Assembly: GCF_003704095.1 (NCBI RefSeq)
Contig: NW_020844825.1
Coordinates: 186,001 to 250,000 of the forward strand
Length of the DNA stretch: 64,000 nucleotides
Direction: 5' to 3'
From: Pocillopora damicornis
Taxonomy: Eukaryota
Shown here piece by piece: positions 23,996 through 35,175 of this stretch. The position numbers and the translations under genes were made by a program. Numbering within the stretch: position 1 is the first letter of the stretch; each line of letters starts with the position of its first letter. Below the pieces are notes generated by a model. That model was not told the DNA's origin and searched no databases. It was given only the letters and a program-made list of their open reading frames with translations.

Positions 23996-24304
23996 NNNNN
24001 NNNNNNNNNNNNNNNNNNNNNNNNNNNNNNNNNNNNNNNNNNNNNNNNNNNNNNNNNNNNNNNNNNNNNNNNNNNNNNNNNNNNNNNNNNNNNNNTCATC
24101 AGCAATCAAACATAAATATAGATATAAACTAATACAGTTTGATCTCACTTATTTCTACTACTCATTCTCTAGCGTTCTCAAGTATCTCGACTCCGTCTCA
24201 GACCCAAATACTAAAGAAAAGCGTTGGCGCAGGCACAGACTGCATTTGAAATTATGAATGAGTTTTCATTGGGAAAATAGGGATCTTAAACGTGTTAGAC
24301 AACT

Positions 24305-26020
24305 GAATTGCACCGCGTTCGCCCCCTATCGAGTACGCCCCTTCGAGTTCGCCCCTACCTTACGTCGTGTTCGCCTCCACACTTTTCGAGTTCGACCCCA
24401 TCAAGTCGAGTTCGCCCCTTGATTGAGTGATATCCAGATCAGTTGATTTGTGACGAAGGCACTAGCAGAATGTGCCAAATGTCACGTCAGCGACGACCAT
24501 TTTGAATTTCGGCAATTGCGTGGAACCTGCTTGGGATCTGGGGTTACTATAAATAACTGTATACACTGAACTTGTGATAAAGAGAACCACACTTAATCAA
24601 AACAACATTGCTTAACTTATTATTCAGACTGGAAAAGATGTAAAACAACTTCGGTTTATCTAACGAACACGAAATGTGTTGATCGTAACAACCAGACTTG
24701 AGAAGATGCAAACCACGCTTTCATCGCGACAGCATTGCTTAAGTTGTTAGACTTGCACCTCGTTTAACTTTACTTATGAAATTAAGATTGAAGAATTTAC
24801 GAAACCACGATTTCATCACGCTTTTGATTATTTAAGACTTCTTGAGAGAATGCGTTGCACGCTTCATTGTGTTTTAAGGTCATAGCAACCAGACTTGAGA
24901 AAATGCAAACCAGGATTGCAAACCACACTTTCATCGCATTGTGTTGATCATAACAACCAGACTTGAAAAGATGCTACTAGCCCCATACTATTGTAAAACA
25001 AATCTGTTTTCCCAATGGAAATCTATTGTTTTTGTCATTGTTTTCTCTATCCAAGAACTGAATGCATGATGTAGTATGGGGCTGTGCGGAAATTTTACTG
25101 ACGGAGGCAATGCCACAATGCCAAAAGAGAGGAAGGTCGAGTAGAGTAAAATACTTCATCTTCTCCATTATCAATAAGTCTATCGCTTGCAGTCGTTGAA
25201 AAACAGTTTTTGTAAAATCATTAACATGGATTTCTTCATCGTCTGCGATCAAATCGTTCGTCCTCGTCAAGAAGCCCTCCTTTGCGACGGATTTAAACGT
25301 TGGCAACACCCCACCTGCCAAACTGGCATCAGCCAGCAAGACTACCGTGGGGCAGTCCGTTCTGGCGAATCAATCAATTGGCACTGTGAAGATTGCGAGG
25401 GTTACCCCCGAAACAGTACACCGGTGTTCTTTTCCGATTACGACTTTCAGTCTATGGTGCGTTCAATAAATCCTGAGCTTGACTGCAATGACTTCGATGC
25501 TCCTCCTGCTACGCCTTCTAAGCCTCCTGAATTTGATGAGTCGTCGCTAATGGAGCCTTCAGCCACAGACTCGGGACCAGCCAGCTTCGAGATCGAGTTT
25601 GAGATCGTGGACGATTCCACAAAGCGGGGCCGAAACAAGCTGGTGGACAGCCGTGGTTACACGTACAACGTTAAAAGACGTCGAGGCGGAAACACTGATT
25701 GGCAGTGCACCGTTAGACCAAAGGTACCCACAGTTTTGCATTCTTTTCTTTGACTAAATGTAATCGTTGTAATTTATGTTCTCCATAGGGTAATGGGCAC
25801 GTCCGTACAGCTACTGATTGTTGTAATTTATGTTCTCCAGAGGGTAATGTCTGTAGAGCTACGGTAGTTGAGTGGGCGTCAGGTGAACTTGTCTTGGGCC
25901 CCACGCCGCACAATCACCCAGGGCAAGTGGGCGCAGGCTTAGCAGCCCGGATAATTACAAAGACGAAAAAGGAGGCTGTCACGAATTTGTTTAAGCCGGC
26001 GTCTGCAATTGTTAACGAGA
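24305..26020 (+). mobile_element. 3'-truncated MULE-like DNA transposon with spliced PHD-FLYWCH ORF (exons 25226-25723 and 25843-~26020)
   Basis: Subterminal GTTCGCCCC repeats. Degenerate PHD (C..RQEALLCDG.KRWQH.TC...WHCEDC). FLYWCH-type GRNKLVDSRGYTYN...WQCTVRPK|GNVCRATV...HNHP. No DDE core remains. Confidence 0.75.
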
Positions 26021-26681
26021 CTCCATACGTATTGACGAAATCAACTAGTTATCCTAGTTAATCATCAAATAGAGACTCATCTTTAAATTATTAACATAAA
26101 GCTAAAAACTTCAGTTTTTGGCTCAAATCGTGAATGCTACCTTCTTTCAGTCCACAAAATTATTTAAGAAGACTCAACTCAATTAACTTTAACTGCATTG
26201 TTCTTTGGAGGACTTTGCAAGTATCATTTCTCCTAAGATACTGAAAATTTGGAAAATAGCCCATTCGTTTTATAAGTCAATATTCGCAGTAACGCCGCTA
26301 ACTATTCTTCACTCGCGATTATCAGTAGACTGATGAAAACCCGAAATTGCACCATAGCCTAACTTGATAAGGATAAAGGGATAGGCACATTGCCAAGAAA
26401 GATAAGACAGATGGTAAATTTGTACTTCTAACGTGGGAAAGATAATTATTTTAACAGAAAGATGTCACAAATAAAATCGAATACAATAAAATCTCAGGTC
26501 AGAGGCTTTCGTGTTCTGATATTCCACTACCGCCCAACAGAGAATTCATCAGTGAGCTTAGTCCTCATCTCGTGATAAAGCAAAGATCGTAGCTTTTCCG
26601 ATACACACTTTTTGAAGATGCCCACTTCCTATGTGGCTCATTACTAAACTAGATAAGACAAATTTTTGTTACCTTTTTGAC

Positions 26682-27002
26682 TTATAATTGAGTGTAAATA
26701 GCTTCTTTATCACATTCCGGTTCTTTTCCTTCGTCAAGAGGGAAGAATCCTCGGTCGTTTAACTCGCAGGTTCCCTTGGTTTTGGAAACTTTTCTGAAAT
26801 TTGTTGAAACGCATCGAGGGTCTCTCTGACATGGCAAACCACAGGATACCAAGCTTGCAAGGTGAAATGTTTTAAGCGTGACGCGATGATTGTGAGTTAT
26901 CACAGGACAAGAAAGAGACGCTTCCTTACAAAGAAATGCTTCAGATGCTACGACTTTGGGCATTGATAACACAACTAGAACAGCACACAGATAAAAATTC
27001 AT
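26682..27002 (-). pseudogene. Signal peptide + PAN exon, copy B1 (in-frame deletion, stop just before the donor)
   Basis: Same PAN pattern; HRRLKGFT shortened to HRVT; TAA upstream of AAG|gtaacaaaaatttg. Confidence 0.8.
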
Positions 27003-27253
27003 TTCGTTCTTTTTTTTGGTCGATACTGCGCCTTAGGTGCGTATAATCAGCTTTATAACAGCTTCGGGAAGATTTTAATTAAATACCTGAATAACGAAAA
27101 GAAATTCATATGAAGAGGACGCAGTTTATAACTAATTTGAATATAAAATCATGNNNNNNNNNNNNNNNNNNNNNNNNNNNNNNNNNNNNNNNNNNNNNNN
27201 NNNNNNNNNNNNNNNNNNNNNNNNNNNNNNNNNNNNNNNNNNNNNNNNNNNNN

Positions 27254-27530
27254 ACGACCCTCTCATGGGAGAGCATAATATATTTGAATAAAGGGGTGAG
27301 TCTCTAAAGAAACTGTGTTACTGCGTCGGTGGAAAAGTATAACAACTTAATTTTGTTTTATTGACTGAGTTTATAACGTAAATTGGCCACCGTAAAGAGT
27401 TTCAAAGGTGACGTTTTAAGCGTTAGCCCTTCGTCTCTCGCTCTGACGAAGGGCTAAAGCTCGAACGTCAGCTTTGAAACTCTTACTGTTGCAAATTTAC
27501 GTTATCGACTCAGTTGATAAAACCTTATTA
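27254..27530. mobile_element. Penelope-like inverted LTR remnant with degenerate hammerhead motif
   Basis: Imperfect ~80-bp palindrome centred near 27440, containing CTGACGA AGGGCTAAAGCTC GAAC GTC AGC. Confidence 0.65.
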
Positions 27531-28871
27531 CCTTATAATTTATCTGATTAGACGAAGTAGCTAAGCTTTGTTATTATATCGCTGGCAGTGCTCGTGGGCA
27601 GTATGAAGTGAATCCTGTTATCTGGTTGGCTTTCTAAGCGGGCAAGATGGCCCATCACGATCTTGGCGGTGTAGTCGCAAAAAAAATCGGCAGAGGGAGG
27701 TTAAAACAAAGAAAACATAAACAACTCACCCGGGTTTGCTTTACTACAAACACAGTTGGCTTTCTCGTCCGGTTCTCTCAAAAAAACAAAAGTCAATCTT
27801 GATTCGTAAGACGGCCAAACCTTTTTATAACAAATCCTTAATTGACCAAGCTTGTTCAGTCAAGATGGCTGGATATAAGCCTCGTTCTTTCTTTCCTGCT
27901 TTTACGAACCTCGACTTCGTTTCGGTTCATAAAAAAGCAAAAACGGAACTCGGCTAATATCCCGCCAATTTGACCTCACGCTTGGTCAATAACGCATGTA
28001 TATTTGAACCCTGTAATAAGACCAATATATTGGTCAAACGGCTGCGCATGCACACTTAATTACAAGCAACTTGAATAAATTGCCATTGCAGACACGGTGA
28101 AGCCTAAGTGCAGCATATTTTTTTGTGCAGTTTTTTAAAGAAAGTCAGTTTTTAAAGAAAGTTCAAACTTCTTAAGACTAAGTCTTATATACGTTGTTTT
28201 ATACTCTCCCTACTTTGTACTAGTTTACACACTTATCTATTATTATTAATTTTTTTTACAGTTTCCACGGCGGCACAATTTTAAGTCGCTCGTAAGCTTG
28301 GTCGTGCTGGCAGTAGTAGTTTTTCCATAGTGGAGTTGCCGATAAACACCGAGGGAAATGCTTTAGAAAGGAAAGAACCAGAGCTACAAAAGATACTTAT
28401 GAGGATAGCAGTTCTATAGTTTTCGCTCACAGTAGACGAGGAAGAACTGCAGGGCTAGAGAAAGGTTCTCTCATTTGCTTTTATAACCCAAAAGAAGCGT
28501 CTGCGTTAAAAACTGTTGGGATATGTCACAATAAAAACCAAACAAAACAAAACAAAAACAACAAGATTTTGACTCAAAGATTCTTCCTATGTATTGGAGT
28601 ATTTGGAATTCTAAGCTTTTTCCTGTCACTGTATATTAGACGTGCGTTAATAAACCTGTATTATCATTTAAAAAGTCCTGTGCCAGCGCAGTACTTGACA
28701 GCGAATTAGGCTAAAAAAACGTTTTAAAAGTATAAAACACCTTGTGATTTTACAGTATGCACCAAATCGGGAAATTCGTCCACTAAAACTGAAACCAATT
28801 TAAGTTTTGGGAATAGCCTGACATTTCTAGAAAAACATGTGATACTGTTAAGAAGTTTGAAAGAACCTTTC

Positions 28872-29886
28872 ACAACACGATAAGTTCAGCAAAAAGAGTA
28901 AATTCATTTTGATCTTTTGATGATGACCTCGTCAAAGGTATGTATACTCCTGAGCTTTGTAATTGTGTCACAGGCGTTTTCATCAGAAGTCAACAAGGGG
29001 ATGATATTGAATAACTGAAATGGAGGTTCGAGATTTTAGTTTATTTATCTTACCAAACATAGTCGAAACGACTGGCTAATCGAAAGGATGCTCTGTAAGT
29101 TGGATTTCAATTGTTGATTATATGCTAAAGAAGATGACATTTCTGTGTCAAGTGTAAATCTCGTCAGCCATTTTTGTCTGAATGAACAAAGATCTTATCT
29201 GACTCAGGGATTAATAATATAAAAAGACCTCTGCCGCCCGTTAAATTTCTCTAGTTTATTACACCCATTTTGGAATCACTGGTGGTCCCTGTAATCTGAT
29301 TGGCCCTAATTGGTGCGATTTATTCACGAATCGCACCATATTTTGCTTTAAATCGCATCATTTTTCCCAGCCAATGAGGAGGCTACACTGAAAACAAAAC
29401 AACCAATCAGATTTCAAAGCCTATTTAAAGTAACCAATGTAATTGCAGGAAAGTGAAAGACAAAGAGTATCGTGTGGCAAATTTTGCAACCTTTGTTTTC
29501 AAAACTCTTGTTTTTCCCCCCAAAAAATGGATGAATTTAATTTCAAACTAGCTTAGTATTGCATCAATAAAATATTTGAACTGACCAAGTCCTGTACTTG
29601 GGCGATTTCAAAATGGATGTAATAAAGTGGTAATTGAACCTTGTGCCGTGTAATTTTGGTCTGAAATCGTACTTGTGATTTCAAATCGAAGTCGCGCTGT
29701 GTGCTCGTTCGATTTTGAAATCACACGTATGATTTCAGCCCAAATTGCACTCCACTCAGTTCAATTAATATTATTTATCAGTTGTTACCACATAGATTTT
29801 CCTGTTAACTATAGATTCCTCGATGCAGTTGTTGAGATACTAATATTGTTATCTACCGTAGAAGTTTCTGAATAATTTATTTAGTA
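28872..29886 (-). repeat. Inverted copy of the PAN-gene upstream region and first codons (homologous to 16529-17030)
   Basis: Collinear reverse complement. ATG at 28907 followed by foreign sequence. Contains a ~510-bp insertion (29259-29772). Confidence 0.8.
29259..29772. mobile_element. Unclassified non-autonomous insertion
   Basis: Present here between CTAGTTTAT and TTATCAGTTGTT, absent at the homologous site ~16640. Confidence 0.65.
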
Positions 29887-30457
29887 CTTAATCTCTTTAA
29901 AAAAAACACTCTTAAAAAAAAAAACCAATTCTCGTGGACAAAATATACCCAGTCACAACTGAGTTGAAAGTTAATGCGGTATTGACCAAAATTTTTTAGA
30001 AACTTCTATACACCAGTTATTATGTCAAAAACCGCATCAAGGCACCAAAAAATTTGAAAGCAAATAGAACCGCATTAATTTTCAACTCAGTTGTAACTGG
30101 ACATATTTTGTCTGCGAGAAATGTTCTATTTGCTTTCAAATTTGTGATGTCTAAACGATGAGCATTTCGTTTCGTTTCCTTCCATGAAAACTATTTTGTT
30201 TCAGCACGCTCTAGCTCGCAGCCATCGCTGATTATCAGTTGTTATCACTTAAATGTTATATTCGACGATAGAAGCCTTGATGCAGTTGTTGACACAATAA
30301 CTGATGTCTAGAAGTTTCTAAAGCATTTAGTGAGTATCGCATTAATTTTCGACTTAGTTGTAACTGAGAATATTTTGTCTGCGAGCAGTGTTTTTTTCAA
30401 AGAGTGTTTTTTTCAAAGAGTGTTTGTTTCAAAGAGTGTTTTTTTAAAGAGTTTAAG
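29887..30457. mobile_element. MITE, second copy, flanked by TA; right arm has an expanded AAAGAGTGTTTTTTT tandem
   Basis: TA|CTTAATCTCT...AGAGTTTAAG|TA; internal sequence matches 16000-16528 in the same orientation. Confidence 0.8.
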
Positions 30458-31397
30458 TACCTTATTCAGAAACTTCTACGGTAGATAACAATATTAATAT
30501 CTCAACAACTACATCGACGAGTCTATTGCTACCATGAAAGTCTATATGATAACAACNNNNNNNNNNNNNNNNNNNNNNNNNNNNNNNNNNNNNNNNNNNN
30601 NNNNNNNNNNNNNNNNNNNNNNNNNNNNNNNNNNNNNNNNNNNNNNNNNNNNNNNNACACTCACCCGGACGATCAAACTACACTACTACAACCGATTAAA
30701 TGGTAGTTTAAGCTTATTAGTCATTATTATTAATGATGTGAGCCAAATGCACCAATGGCAGCACATGAAAACGCACCTGTGAAAACGAACTAACGAATAT
30801 TCTCTTTTTGGAGCCTCATGTTTAATTAACCTCAGTGCCTGACGAAGACCAAAAGTGTAGTGTTTCAAATGTAGTTTATGTTTGGATGGCCTCAATGAAA
30901 ACCAGGCTGGTGTCTAATAATAAAAATATGTCATTTTTCACGGTCTCTTAACTACTTCAAGAAGAAAATTGTTTTTTTTTTTTTTCAATAGAAAGAGATA
31001 CATAAGTCAGTCTTCATTATGAAAAGAGCGGCAAGGAACCTCTGATGAGTTGACATGCCGTTAAAACGAATTGTTTTTTTTGCTAAACCTGCAAAAATGC
31101 CAATGAATATCGCGAGTGAGTGTAAACCCAGATAGTCAGTATATGCTTTGGAATTTTTGTAAAATAATCGCACAATAAAGGAAATTTGTACAACTGTTAA
31201 GGTTCAGAGACTTGTATTACACTTTTTAGGGCGAAATTTGCATTAATTAATAATTATAATCATAATGATAAAAAAATTGATTGTGATAATGTTGATAACA
31301 TTGGTTAAAAATTAGCGGTGAACATCTTGGCTCTTCTTGTCCGAAACAGGAAAAAAATAAAAGCCCTTGACTTTTTGCGACAGACGAATCTAATATT

Positions 31398-32025
31398 AGT
31401 ATAATAATAATAATTTATTGATATAGCACTATTTCTATCGCTATCCAATAGTGGTATTGAATTATTTTAAAATATCTCACCTAGAAATATCTAGAACATG
31501 AGTAAGATATACTAACTAATAAAATAACTAAGCTGTCACAATCAGAATAAAAACTAAGAATAGTAAAACCTTATGATAAAAACTTACTAACTAACTAACT
31601 ACCTACCTACCTAAATAAATAGTTAACTGACTAACCAATAATAAAATATCTGGTTAAAAAGCTTTCCTTAAAAGATGTGATTTAAGACTGCGCTTGAATT
31701 GTAACAAACTAACGCTTGAACGGATTTCCAGTGGCAGTGCGTTCCATAATTTAGCCAAGGCTACAGAAAATGATCTTGAACCATGTCTGGTAATTTTGTA
31801 AACAACGTCAACCAAACGATGGCCATTAATTGATCTTAAATTGCGTCTGGGCACATATATTTTATAAGATCGCGGAGGTATGTTGGCGCTAGGCCGTTGA
31901 AGCATTTAAGTGTCAATAACAGAATTTTTAAAAACTATGCGCTCTTCAATTGGCAACCAGTGGAGTTTACAGAGTACTGGTGTTATATGGTCACATTTAC
32001 GCGTATGAGTAACAATCCTGGTTGT
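31398..32025 (-). mobile_element. 3' end of an L2/CR1-group LINE
   Basis: DHITPVLCKLHWLPIEERI...GSRSFSVALAKLWNALP...FKRSLKSHL*; 3' UTR ends AATAAA(TTA)n. Confidence 0.85.
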
Positions 32026-32745
32026 ACAATAAAATACGGATACTACAATGGACTGACACTAAATTAAAGAATAGTTCCCTAGTTTAAAGTCACTGAACTG
32101 GCCCTGAATGCTCTCACTTAGTTCTAACAAAGCGTTTATGAGAGTTCACGGATTTTACATCGCATTACTTTAACTTTTAGTAGTAATGAAAATGAAACTT
32201 ATTCTTAGGGTCTGAATACATAACCTTAAAAGCAGGCAAGAAGATAAGGTGAATCTATCAGCTGATGGGTTTTGTATCTGATTGAGAACAAAATTCTCTG
32301 AACCTGTTTACAAATAAAAGTATGGGACCTGAAAGGAAGAATTATCAATCAGATCTTGGGAGCCTAACGGTTAAGGCAAGGCAATTGAGAAAAACGGCCA
32401 AAACTAGTGCTCATGCTTATTAATACTGTTTTTTTCTTATTCCCTATTTCTTTTCATTTTGTAGCCGAATAACAGCACTTTAAGAAGAATGCCACTGTGA
32501 TTTAACCCCTTCGTTGCTGACGCGATGTGATTGTTGATTCTGGTTTTCAAGTACAACAGCTGTTTGACTTATTAACAAGTTAATTATTGACAGTTTTAGT
32601 TTAATAGTCCTTCTGATTCATTATGGAAGCAAAACGCACCTGTGAAACCACATTAAAACGAACGAATATGCTCTTTTGGTGTCTCGTGTTCTGAATCAAC
32701 ATCAATTTCAAGGAAGACATAATTTCAGTCTTCTCTATTGCACAG

Positions 32746-32885
32746 ACATTAACCACTGTGTAGAAAATTCTTGTTTAAATGGTGGATTGTGCAGGAATAT
32801 TGCTAATGAATACAAGTGTACCTGGGTGGACGGCTTTTTTTTGGGATGCTACAGTCATAAGAGCGACGATGTTAAGGACACTTGA
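32746..32885 (+). pseudogene. EGF-like exon, internally deleted
   Basis: ttgcacag|AC ATT AAC CAC TGT: (D)INHCVENSCLNGGLCRNIANEYKCT; the last two Cys are lost relative to the 37526-37665 copy. Confidence 0.8.
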
Positions 32886-34238
32886 TGTCTATTATGTTTT
32901 TATCCATCCTCAAAAAATGATATAGCACGCTTTTGCAGAAATACCACAATGCTCTCTGATATGCAGATGTTGTTTCTATTTTTAGTATAGGTCTAATCTT
33001 TTGAGTGTGTTAGCTCTCAGCACGAACTGCCGTGCCATGTTTCAACTTCTTGACAGCTTACATGAGGGTCCCCAATAGGGTTCTTCAATCCCACGATCCC
33101 GACTAGAATTTTCTCTCGATCCCGTTATCACGACGGTTTATACCAGCCAATCCCGATCATGCAATTTTGTCTTGGTCCATTTCTTAAATGTACGAGGGCC
33201 TAGTCACGGTAACAACTTCCTTCCGTTTAACTTCGATCACGTACCAAAAACGGATCAGTTAGTAGTCAACAAGTGCATGAAAGACAGAAGGTGACGGCAA
33301 TCCCATTGTTCCATAACAAGGTAACTAAAGAAAAATTTACACAACACAATTCTGCTGTTGAAGCGAATACGTCTTCTGAAGCGGGAACCTCTTCCGAGGA
33401 GACAATTAGCCTCTCGCTCCAAAGACGGAATGTTCCATCATCACGCGTGGAATTGTACTCTAATATTCCATCTTCCTCTTCGCCTTGTTTCCCGCTGTTT
33501 TCTTGCTGCCCCTCGAAGTCAGAGTGTTTGAGGCTGACCGGTCCGCCCGGCTGAATTTCTTTCTGATAGCGTTACAACTGGGTAGTTCAAGCTCTTGCCA
33601 TTGTTGTTTCCTATCTGACTTAGTAGAAAAAGTTTACTTTTGCCGCTGCCACAAATGTTTATGCCCAGCCCGTCATCTTGGGTATTCTCTGTGGTGCCAT
33701 CAGTGCAGGTGTTAACGGTTAAATTACGGGAATGGCAGACAGGATCATAGCACGTTCGAATAGAGGATACCAAGAATTTGGATTTGAAAAATAGTACGTC
33801 GCCCAATTGGTTCCTCTCTTTAAGCCTTCTTTTGTTGCATTTCCAAAGTTTCTTGCGTAATCTAACACGGTGAAAAGTTTATCTTTTTGATGCACAACCG
33901 AGCGAGTATTCTCCCCGTCTAGTACCAAGCAACTCAACAGGTTACGAGTGTCATAATTCTTAGACTTGCTGGAGGTTTTCAAGTCCGTTTGGCATTGACA
34001 TTTCTAGAAATGTCAAGCGATTCCAAACATGTGATACTTTTAAGAAGTTTGAAAAAACCTTTCATAACACGATAAGTTCAGCACACAGAGTTAAATTCAT
34101 TTTGATTTTCTGGTGATGACCTCGTCTAAGGTATGCATNNNNNNNNNNNNNNNNNNNNNNNNNNNNNNNNNNNNNNNNNNNNNNNNNNNNNNNNNNNNNN
34201 NNNNNNNNNNNNNNNNNNNNNNNNNNNNNNNNNNNNNN

Positions 34239-35175
34239 AGCAATACAATAATTTGTTAAAAACGAAGGCATTCATAAGTAGCGACAGCGTTTTCCTATCC
34301 AAAAGATGTTTAATTCTATTGATTTGTTTTAACTTAAATAGACAGTTGGAAACACACTTAATAATATGTTCGTTATAAATGAGGTTTGCATCCAGCTGAA
34401 CGCCTAGGTCTTTGGCGACAGTCTCAGTTGATATTTGTTTATTAAAAAGTTTTAGTTTGAATAGTGGAAGTCTCCGCAGTAGTTGTGGTACTCCAAATAT
34501 CAGAACTTTGGTTTTACTTGGGTTGATCAGAGGCGAATTTTTACAGCACCATTGACATATTTTTCTAAGATCGTCGTTCAAGGCAGAAATGGCCACGGTT
34601 GAGTCGGCAGGTGGGAAGGAAAGGTACAACTTGCAGTCGTCGACATAGGAAGCAGAAATACAACGCTCCGGAACAGAAAGAAGGTCATCAACATAAATAG
34701 TAAACAGGACGGGGCCTAGAATAGACCCTTGTGGGACGCAAACTTAAGAGGGAGTGTTTTAGAAAACGTAGAAACTGCATCGCCTATTTGAACACTGTTT
34801 CCGTTCTGATTTACGGCCAAAATATTGTTGTTAGATAAGTACTTGAACGTGTTGGTAGTGAAAGAGGGTTATTGTCGCAAGTGTGAAAGGAAGGCTGTTT
34901 TTTAATATTCTAGAAGATATTTGTCCATTCCTGAAGCCTTGTTAGATGGTTATCTTCTGATCACATGTTGTACCTAATATTCCGTGGTTTCACTAAGTTT
35001 GAATAATTCTTGACAGCTGGTGGAAGAAACAGAAGCAGGAGGTAACGGTTCGAAATTCGAATTGAACTCGTTTTGTGAAGCCAACTCGCTTGCTTTTCTG
35101 GCACTCAAGCTGCCAACAGAAGTGAAAAGTTCTTTTATGCTATTAGCCAACCCAGTGGGATCTTCAAAATCCATT
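34239..35175 (-). mobile_element. LINE (L2/CR1 group) reverse-transcriptase fragment
   Basis: VPQGSILGPVLFTIYVDDL...SYVDDCKLY...INPSKTKVLIF...KDLGVQLD. Confidence 0.9.

Noticed and set aside
24310-24975. CRISPR-like array (GTTCGCCCC and AACCAGACTTGAGAAGATGC repeats)
   Set aside because: Irregular spacing, eukaryotic context and no cas genes; these are transposon subterminal repeats.
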